Below are positions 44,309 through 52,550 of a stretch of DNA of 52,550 nt, piece by piece. How positions within the stretch are numbered: position 1 is the stretch's first letter; every line of letters starts with the position of its first letter. The translations under genes were made by a program, and so were the position numbers. This stretch comes from Corallochytrium limacisporum Hawaii. Taxonomy: Eukaryota > Protista > Pluriformea. The stretch spans positions 230,225-282,774 of the forward strand of contig PDIP01000057.1 in assembly GCA_002811645.1 (NCBI GenBank). Direction: 5' to 3'. The notes below the pieces were generated by a model. The model saw only the letters and a program-made list of their open reading frames with translations. It was not told the DNA's origin and did not search any database.

Positions 44309-44893
44309 GGCTGTCTTTCAAATTTCTACTGTGAATAAAATTCTATGTCTAAAGGATACCCAACCAGATCCCTATTTCAGCGAGTACTGTACAGTTTGCA
44401 CCTATTTACCTTGGGATCCCACCTCACGTGGTTTGCTATGTGAGTCGAAGATTTATTTCCTGTTCCAAATACCCATGCATAGTGTACGCTTAAATAGTCA
44501 TGGCTTTCTTCCTGACCAAGTTATTTTCTTTGGTCCACACCCAGATACGCTGTATTATCTGAAGCGCAGTGCGAACGGTCACTTGCCAAGAATGCTGTAC
44601 TTTCGCGCATGGGATGGGCTGCCTCCACCACTCATGTGCGTCCTTCTGCGATAGTGATAGTATGGGGCGGGGGAGGTGTGCGTGGGAGCACGCTTCGAAA
44701 CTTTTACTCGTCGTTTGCGGGTCCTTTGCGAGTCTCGAATTTCGCCTGGCTTCCCTCCTCCCCAGGGGGAGGGGGGCGCCCGTGTGCCTCATTGTGTTGG
44801 CCAGGAACCAGAAACAATCCGTATATTAAAATCGCACTTCAGCAGGAGCTGAGAATTCCATCCGTGGAAGAAAAATTTTGGAGGAGGGGGGGG

Positions 44894-45132
44894 NNNNNNN
44901 NNNNNNNNNNNNNNNNNNNNNNNNNNNNNNNNNNNNNNNNNNNNNNNNNNNNNNNNNNNNNNNNNNNNNNNNNNNNNNNNNNNNNNNNNNNNNNNNNNNN
45001 NNNNNNNNNNNNNNNNNNNNNNNNNNNNNNNNNNNNNNNNNNNNNNNNNNNNNNNNNNNNNNNNNNNNNNNNNNNNNNNNNNNNNNNNNNNNNNNNNNNN
45101 NNNNNNNNNNNNNNNNNNNNNNNNNNNNNNNN
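44894..45132. other. Assembly gap (N-run)
   Basis: Run of Ns flanked by G tracts on both sides. Confidence 0.99.
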
Positions 45133-45819
45133 GGGTGGGTGGTGGTGGTAGAGAGGGCCGACGCCCGGATTGGAAAGTAGATGTGTATTGTGGCAACCGA
45201 GGTGCGACCACCTCAATATTCCACGAGATTCGTTCCCGGTGGCCGAAAACAGAAAGTGGCCACTACACTATATGAACACCTACCCGAAAAAGCGCAAAGG
45301 CAGCAGCACTTCTACGGCCTTGCTTGTTGTAGTTCTGGGCCACCCTCCTCCGAAATAGCTCTCAGACATGTGCAACAATCAGGGGCAAGTCACAAGCGTT
45401 CGTGGCCCCCCCTTCATAATTTTCCTACCGCGAACCAGGGAGCTAGCATCAATATGTGTTGCACACCGAGCTCCCGGCAAAAACCGCCTTCTGCCCTTCA
45501 GGCCCAGGACAGCTTCGTAAACTTCTCAGTGAATGGTCGACAGCAAAAATCGATGATGAGGAGATTTGTATTTTGATAGAAGGAGGGTGTCGGGACTATA
45601 GGCAGGTGGCGACCGATTAGGAAGGTAATAATGCGTTGTCCGTCCTTTGCTCTTTGGCATAATTCAGTGGACAAAAGATCATGAATTATAGTCAGCTACA
45701 AGGAATGTCAAAGTATTGAGTCACTGTCGTATATACACACAGAGACTTCAGAGAGCTATCCTCAGACGACTCGGTCGAACTTGGAGCAGGCATGAGTCTG
45801 GAGACCAACAGATCACAAC

Positions 45820-46626
45820 ATGACTGAGAATGGCATGAGGGGTTCCGAGGACTTTGAGCCTATCGGAGGACATGCTAGCAAAGGCCTTGGACCACCTCTT
45901 AGAGTGGAAGGTGATCAAATCCTCAAGCCGCTGGGAGGCGTGAGTGAGAAAGGCGGTGGAAGAGACCGCGGCGCAGCTGAAGTAGCCTTCTACGAGACCT
46001 TGCAGGATGACAAATATGTGAAGCTGCGACGGTTCATGCCTGAGTTCTACGGTGTAGAAGAGATGGATACACCTGACTTTGGTACTGTCAAATACATGAA
46101 ACTGCAGAACCTTCTCAAGGATTTTGAGAGGGCCTGTGTAATGGATCTGAAAATGGGACAAAGGACGTACGGCGAGAATGCGTCGGCAGAGAAGATTGCC
46201 CGCGAGAAAAAGAAGTATCCTCCGCAGGAGCATTTGGGCTTCCGCTTCACTGGCATGAAAGTGTGGAGCAACGGAGACTGGGAGCATGTTGACCGAGAAT
46301 GGTGCCTGGCTGTAGAATCCAAGGAGGATGTGATCGACGGTCTGCGAAAGTTTCTCAACGGCTCACCAAAACCCTCACATGAGCTGGCATCGCAGTATAT
46401 TGAATGCCTGCATACCATACGTGACACTCTGGCAGAAGTTGCGGCCTTTCGTATGTATGGCAGTTCGTTACTCTTCGTTTATGATGCCGCAGATCAGTCT
46501 AGACAGGCGGTGCATATGATTGACTTCGCCCATGTCTATGATATCAAGGACGGTGGCAAGGACGATGGATACATTCACGGCATCAACTATCTCATAGATT
46601 CGTTTCGGGATTTAGCAGAGCCATAA
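45820..46626 (+). CDS. Inositol polyphosphate kinase (IPK/IPMK family)
   Basis: GGH, EVAFYE, PEFYG, LQNL, (P>A)CVMDLKMG, SSLLFVYD and MIDFAH motifs; 268 aa. Confidence 0.9.
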   Translation: MTENGMRGSEDFEPIGGHASKGLGPPLRVEGDQILKPLGGVSEKGGGRDRGAAEVAFYETLQDDKYVKLRRFMPEFYGVEEMDTPDFGTVKYMKLQNLLKDFERACVMDLKMGQRTYGENASAEKIAREKKKYPPQEHLGFRFTGMKVWSNGDWEHVDREWCLAVESKEDVIDGLRKFLNGSPKPSHELASQYIECLHTIRDTLAEVAAFRMYGSSLLFVYDAADQSRQAVHMIDFAHVYDIKDGGKDDGYIHGINYLIDSFRDLAEP

Positions 46627-47865
46627 GCATCTGTATGAGTGATCTATCTATCTTTTATTCTTCATCATGAGACATGGTTCCATCTGTATGGCGAAATAGA
46701 ATAGTACTCTTAGAAAAGAGAAAGCTGTTAGTATTGATCTTGATCGTGCTCAACACAGTCGTCATGAAAAATTACAACAGTGAGGTTCTCAAAATACACA
46801 TTAAAGTTCAGTCAGCCGAATGTTGGAATCATGGTAATCATACGGTAATTCCATAGCGTATTATTCAAAACATCATTACAGTGGTGGAGCAACCCAGCGA
46901 GTGTCTCCATCCAGTATTTCGAAAACCGTCCCTGGCGTCTACTTACAGTCTTGAGCGGCTATAAAAATTAGCCTCAAATTTCTTTAAGAGTCATGGTTTC
47001 AGGTTGATCAGGCCACCGGTACTGTTGTTTGTGTACAAAGGAGAAGAGTGACATTGTTAGTTGTCTTGAAAATGTGGGATCAAGAAGAGCGTAGTAGGGA
47101 GCAGAAAGAAGTGCACTTGCTCAGAAAAGACATGAGATAACATTTTCGTCCTTCATAACAGTAAAATCGGTACAGGTCTGTGTTTTCTATCCTCACAGCA
47201 ATGTCTAGATCTTCGCTAACTGCAGCCCCGTGTGGTTATCGAAATTTTGGGTACTTACTTTCCAGATTGATTTTCCAACAGAGTGAAGGATTGCCCGCAA
47301 TGCTGCGGGCAAATAGAGCCTGTATAGTTGGAAACATTGCAGACATATGCCCAGAAATACCCAGCGGGGACAGTTGGACACAGGCGGCCGGTCGCGCACA
47401 AGGGCCATGCCTCACGCATAACCCGCTCAGATCTGACCTGGCTCAGTTCCCATGTGTTTAGCCTGCCCACACTCCCCTCCCCCCCAACTCCCCGGCAGAG
47501 GGGGGGGTGGGAGCTGTGTTCACCACTGTTCTTATATTGATTCTTCCCCGCCCAACAGCGGGGCCTGCCGTCACCGGTGCCCACACCTACACGGTTTGTG
47601 CAAACGAAAAGTCGAAAACGAACCGCCCGGCCGGGGCGGGACCAGGACCAGAAGTGGGCATACAAGCAGCCACCTTTCGGTGGAGATCATCTTTTCACAA
47701 TGAATCCACTTGCCCCTTGAATTCGATGCTCCAATGGTAATTCATGTTTGCCTATTTAAAACCCTGTATTCACAGGATATCCGAATGTCAGAGACTTAAC
47801 TGAATAGGGATAGTGCCGTGTTTCCACAACAGCCTGGCAGAATCAGCTGCGGATGGCAAGAAAAC

Positions 47866-49254
47866 ATGTCATCAAGTAGAGTAGTACAGTACTTGGGCGG
47901 ACGGCGGCCCGTGGTGAGAATTCTGCGTCACCAGGGTCGCCCAACTGTACGATTTATGAGCACCATGGAGACGAAACACTCCGAAATTGCTGTTGTAGGT
48001 GGCGGCATTGTTGGATTCACAATGGCTGCCATGCTGGGGCAGGCAGCCATGACGAAGAATTTGAATATCCGTGTCTTTGATGCGGGCTCGCCACCAAAGG
48101 AATGGAAGCGGGAGTCAAACGAATTTTCCAATCGCACCGTATCATTGAATCCAAAGACTCAGTCCTTGCTCAACGGTCTCGGGGTCTGGGCAAAGCTGGA
48201 GGACAAGCGCACCAAGTCCTACCGTCGAATGACTGTCTGGGATAGTCAAAGCCCTGGCACTCTGGAGTTCGATGCCCAAAATGTGGGCGAAGACTACATT
48301 GCTCATATGGTAGAAAATGATGCCCTCGTGCGGAGTCTGTTCGATGTGCTTGCAGACATGCCAAACGTGACGATTCACTTCGGAGAAGGATTACAAGAAC
48401 TGGAAAGGGGATCAAAGACAACCGTAGCCAGAAACTTCTCTACGCCAAAGGGGCGGTATAGCGCAAGCTTGATCATTGGTGCAGACGGTGCTGGTTCCAA
48501 AACAAGACAGTTGGCCGGGTTCGAAACCATCGGATGGGACTACAAGCAGCGTGCGAACGTGGCAACTCTAGACCTCGATCTGAGTGGGTGTCACGCGGAC
48601 ACGGGCAATGAGACAGCATGGCAACGATTCCACTCGACCGGGCCGATTGCCATTCTGCCCTTGACAGATACTGTCAGCTCAATGGTGTGGACCACGACAC
48701 CAGATATGTCACAGAAACTGAAGGAGTTGCCTCCCGATGAGTTGCTACATGCCATCAACAGTTCCCTACATGACCCAGTGGATCGGATGTGGCCCAAGCG
48801 ACCTGCTGGCACAGGAACTCCACACAGTTTTGCCCCAGACGTGCCCATCGTCACGGGAGTGCATGACGGGTCCCTGGCCTCTTTCCCCTTGGCCATGATG
48901 CACAGTACCCAATACATCCGGCAGAGACTCTGTCTTGTTGGCGATGCGGCCCACCGAGTCCACCCCCTTGCCGGCCAGGGAGTAAATTTGGGCATTGAAG
49001 ATGCACAACGAGTAACCGAGTCCCTTGAGAGCGCCATTCGTTCCGGCCAGGACTTTGGTGGCATGGACTGTCTCCTCGCGTATGAGAGCAGTCGGTTGGT
49101 GGAAATAGCGCCCATGTTGGCTGCAATGGATTTGCTTCAGAAGACGTTCTGTAACGACAATCCCGCGCTTGCGATCCTGAGGGGTATCGGCATGTCTAGC
49201 TTCAACCAGGCTGGTCCAATCAAGGAAGCTATTATGAAATTCGCCATGGCGTAG
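47866..49254 (+). CDS. COQ6: Ubiquinone biosynthesis FAD-dependent monooxygenase COQ6
   Basis: Presequence, VVGGGIVG, FSNR..SL, GADGAGS, AWQRF..TGPIAILPL, LVGDAAHRVHPLAGQGVNLG. Confidence 0.93.
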   Translation: MSSSRVVQYLGGRRPVVRILRHQGRPTVRFMSTMETKHSEIAVVGGGIVGFTMAAMLGQAAMTKNLNIRVFDAGSPPKEWKRESNEFSNRTVSLNPKTQSLLNGLGVWAKLEDKRTKSYRRMTVWDSQSPGTLEFDAQNVGEDYIAHMVENDALVRSLFDVLADMPNVTIHFGEGLQELERGSKTTVARNFSTPKGRYSASLIIGADGAGSKTRQLAGFETIGWDYKQRANVATLDLDLSGCHADTGNETAWQRFHSTGPIAILPLTDTVSSMVWTTTPDMSQKLKELPPDELLHAINSSLHDPVDRMWPKRPAGTGTPHSFAPDVPIVTGVHDGSLASFPLAMMHSTQYIRQRLCLVGDAAHRVHPLAGQGVNLGIEDAQRVTESLESAIRSGQDFGGMDCLLAYESSRLVEIAPMLAAMDLLQKTFCNDNPALAILRGIGMSSFNQAGPIKEAIMKFAMA

Positions 49255-50053
49255 AAAGCCACGCAAACCGAAGCTCACTAGATGTAGATGTGTTGACTTT
49301 GATCATGCACCATCATCGACGCTGGTGCCATAGAATTCTGCCACGTCAAAGATAGGTCCACTGCCACGCATCCTCAAAAGATATCCGGGAATAGTATTGC
49401 TGCTTTGTGTGGGTGGTGGGTGCAGTCGAACGGTAAGGGAAGTCGCACACGATATTGATCAATAAACCCATCCTTCCTGGTCTGGTCCATCCCTTTGTCC
49501 ATTCCATTGATTTTCATGAAGGCTTGCAAATGAGAGCAATGAAAATTCAGAGTCACCAAAGATACGTCTCACTGGTGCCCCGTTGCTGTAAAGCGCACCC
49601 GCCCCCAAGCAGTGATGAGATAGCGACAAAATGCATTCACTCGTTCTCGTCGGCCACGATCTTACTCTGCTGGTTGGATGCATTGGAACTTCGTCACGGG
49701 CTGATAACGAATGCAAACGGTGTCCTCGCTGATAGTGTGGGGACCCCTCAAACCCGTACCTCACCCATGTATGGAATTGCTCAGAAGTATCCGCAGTGGA
49801 GGTACGTCTACCATGTCGAAGACACGGTTACCACCCGTGTGGTCTATGACTACTTTACCTTTCTCGCAGGACGAGTGTTAACCTGCCTCCTACCCTCCTC
49901 CCCCCTTGTCGTTTTGGGCCATCAATAAATCACGCACGCAAGCGGACGTTCACTTGCATAATCTCTGCTGCCATCATTCTTTGCCCATCCTTTTTTACCC
50001 CGCACCCTCGCCCCATTTTATTCGCAGAAACTCCGACACCGTTCGCACAAGCG

Positions 50054-50075
50054 CACACACACACACACACACACA
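50054..50075. repeat. (CA)11 microsatellite
   Basis: Perfect CA dinucleotide run. Confidence 0.9.
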
Positions 50076-52338
50076 GAGGAACGGCGAGCGGAAAGACAAA
50101 CTTCTGACCTCTCCTCTATCGGTTCCGGAGCAGTGAAGAAACGTCTGGGAAAGTATGAGGTCCGCCGGCCCCCCTCCCCCTTCCCCAAGATGCTGTGCTT
50201 CCGGCCGCCCGGTCTCTCCCCCCCTTCTCCTCCTCTCGGTCCTCAGAACTCGCTCAGTAGAGAGAACTAAGTAGGCAGAACCCCAAGCAAAATGACATTC
50301 GCTCCGGTCGCATACCTCGGACACCAACAGGGGATCAAGAAAAGGGTGTGGGTACTGGCGATTTTGTGTCAAATTGTCAAAGGAAATACCTCCGGGTAAT
50401 ATATATATTACCCTTATACCAACGAGAACATTAATGAGATGAGAGAGAGGGGAATGAAAACGGGCCCGGCCATTCGGGACCACAATAGACACCGAATTCC
50501 CGGCCAACGAGGAATCCCAAGCGGCCCGGTCTTGGGCATTGGTTTGTAGGGACAAGAAAGGGAGGGACGGAGCAATCCCTTTTTTTCTTGTTTCGGTTGT
50601 TCATCAAACGCAAACGGCTCCCCTCCGACCCAACAACCAAAGTAGCGGTAGCTTCCAACGTTCTGCCCTGTTTCATTTTAGCGAAATCGTGCAGGTTAAA
50701 TTGAGGGCCCCCCCGGGGGCGAGGGAGGGAGGAGAAGCTTTCGCGCAATATTTTGGTCTCCCTTTGTTCTCCCGGCTCGCCTATTTTGGTTCGTGATATA
50801 GCGATCACTACTATTTTGTTTCAAGGTCATTGGTCCCCCCCCCTTTTCCGGAGGACGTCCGCGCGAGAGAAAAGGGGTACCCCCCCCCTTACGGACGCAA
50901 TGTTCGATCTACCAATAGTTAGTATATGTAACACCTTCTTTAGGTGTTTCACTTATTCCTATTCATCATGTGTTTCCTTTTCTCGGCCTAGGGTCTCTCT
51001 ACTGCCTAGGGAGAGAGGGGTGGAGGCCGAGGCAAAAGGAGGCAACGGACAAGCCATTCATCCAACCACAGACGCTACCACACTTCTCCCCTTCCCCAAC
51101 ACAATTCCCCCGCCTAATTTTCTAACTATGCCTATTTGTGTGTATATACATAGTCCCGGAGTGGCACTGAGTGGGGAGGGAGGGGGGCGGAGTAGTGGGA
51201 AGAACAAAATGTCATTCGCGACTCTTGCGCGAAACCCCCCCCCCTCCCCCACTGGGGATCCCCCAACCCCCTCTATAGCACTTGAGTTGCACTACAGTGA
51301 CAGTACAGTCAGTATGGAATGGAAGAGGAATGACGAAAACTGTAAGAACAGAAGGAACGGCAAATCAGAACAGCGGTGATGATTCTCGCGACGACGGTGT
51401 CGATAATTTGTGATCCAAAGGACTACGAAAGCCTGCGCTTACACTGGGCTTATGATTGATTGCTGACATACATACCTTTTCGCACTTCGGGATCCCTCAT
51501 CCCCCCCCCCTGGGCCCGGGGGGACCTGGTGGTCACGTACAGGTCCAGTGTGTTCATTTCACTGTGTGTCGTGGCAGTGAATATTTTCGTGCCGTCTGCG
51601 GTTGTGTGTTCCTTTGGGCAGTCGTGTCCGAAAAGGCGGGTCGGACGTGGTGGCGACAGTAGCACCAGGTAGAGAAATATTTTTTGAAGTGCGAATGTGT
51701 GCAAGCCCGGCAGAATAGTAAATTGGGTCCAATACACAAGTACTGGAAATATGTGGTTCTTATTGTGCGGAACGGATGCCTCCGGAATCTTTTTTTATTT
51801 TCCGCTGCAAGAGACCACAGTGGGTGAGATCCTCTACCCCTCGACCAACCACCAATCACAGAGCAGGCGAATGTGTACACTTTCTCCGTAAACCAGAAGT
51901 TGTTCGAGCGGGTCTGTGGCTGGACGTACCTACCTAATCGTGCTGGTGTCTCGGCAAGGTCTGGGATAAGAGAATTAAGCATAGAGGGTTCTGTTCCGGA
52001 CTCTGATCATAGAGGAGAATAGAGCGAACAAAATGAAGTCGGGCTCACTCCTGCCGATCCCATTCGCCACGGACAAGAATTGGCGACGGTGCAATAATGA
52101 GATCGCTTGGTCGCACAAAATTGCTTCCCCCCCCGGCGAGTATTCCTGAGGAACAACAAAACGGGAAATTTCATGAGGACAAGTAAAACCAAACATCGGT
52201 GGTATCGAATCGCAAAGGAGAAAAAAAAGGAGGGGGTGGTGATACCCGAAAAAAGAAAACGAAAAAGGGAAGCAGGGGGGGCGGGAGTACGGAGGGGATT
52301 GGACGGATGTCGCGGGCGCGGCCGGTCGCCACCATCCA

Positions 52339-52354
52339 ACGTACGTACGTACGT
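52339..52354. repeat. (ACGT)4 tandem repeat
   Basis: acgtacgtacgtacgt, continuing imperfectly as gcgtgc. Confidence 0.8.
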
Positions 52355-52550
52355 GCGTGCGGCCCGGCAGCAGCAAAAACAAAGAAAGTAAAAAAAAAAA
52401 AGAGGTGAGATATTAAATGCCGCGCTATGCAAAAAGAATGATGGTTGTTGCGATATTTTTACCCCGTCGGCGGTCATCTTGTCGGTCTAATCAAAAAAAA
52501 CCGGGATGGCTCCGAATAGAATGACTTATCCTCCCCTCTCTCCCCCCCCC

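Noticed and set aside
46186-46200. CAGAGAAGATT resembling the U6 snRNA ACAGAGA box
   Set aside because: Lies inside the IPK CDS (AEKI codons); flanks do not match U6.
49455-49928. 157-aa + ORF downstream of COQ6
   Set aside because: Non-ATG start in the track, no recognisable domain, unbiased codons; cannot be supported, though a decayed fragment is possible.
49995-52477. Multiple 100-200 aa ORFs in the terminal 2.5 kb
   Set aside because: Produced by homopolymer and low-complexity tracts (poly-P/G/F/K translations); likely the regulatory region of a gene outside the window.
1-52550. tRNA, rRNA, CRISPR arrays, transposase/RT ORFs
   Set aside because: By-eye scan found no T-arm/cloverleaf, repeat-spacer array or mobile-element motifs; tRNAscan-SE, Infernal and RepeatModeler would be needed to exclude them fully.

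Overview
Gene-dense, intron-poor eukaryotic nuclear DNA with about 24 protein-coding regions and two assembly gaps. I found no convincing tRNA, rRNA, CRISPR or transposon signal. The gene content mixes animal-type genes (AKAP10-like, PRR5/Protor-like, LYSMD3-like, a MOCS1-type MoaA-MoaC locus, nuclear ATP synthase alpha) with a fungal-type Ole1 desaturase-cytochrome b5 fusion. Together with the near-absence of introns, this suggests a unicellular opisthokont, probably a holozoan (Corallochytrium-like; inference only). Housekeeping genes include PP4 catalytic subunit, MSH5, ACAD10/11, cyclophilin B, USE1, DNAJC7, RLP24, an inositol polyphosphate kinase and COQ6. The ORF track misses several short GT-AG introns that I reconstructed by eye (MSH5 exon 1, a three-exon PRR5 gene, several 5'UTR candidates). 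The most interesting feature is tandem MoaA and MoaC ORFs with a GTATGT donor inside the MoaA 3' end and two in-frame acceptors upstream of MoaC. This matches the animal MOCS1 'bicistronic / splice-around-the-stop' system in an apparently unicellular, intron-poor genome. All family assignments come from motif recognition, not database searches.
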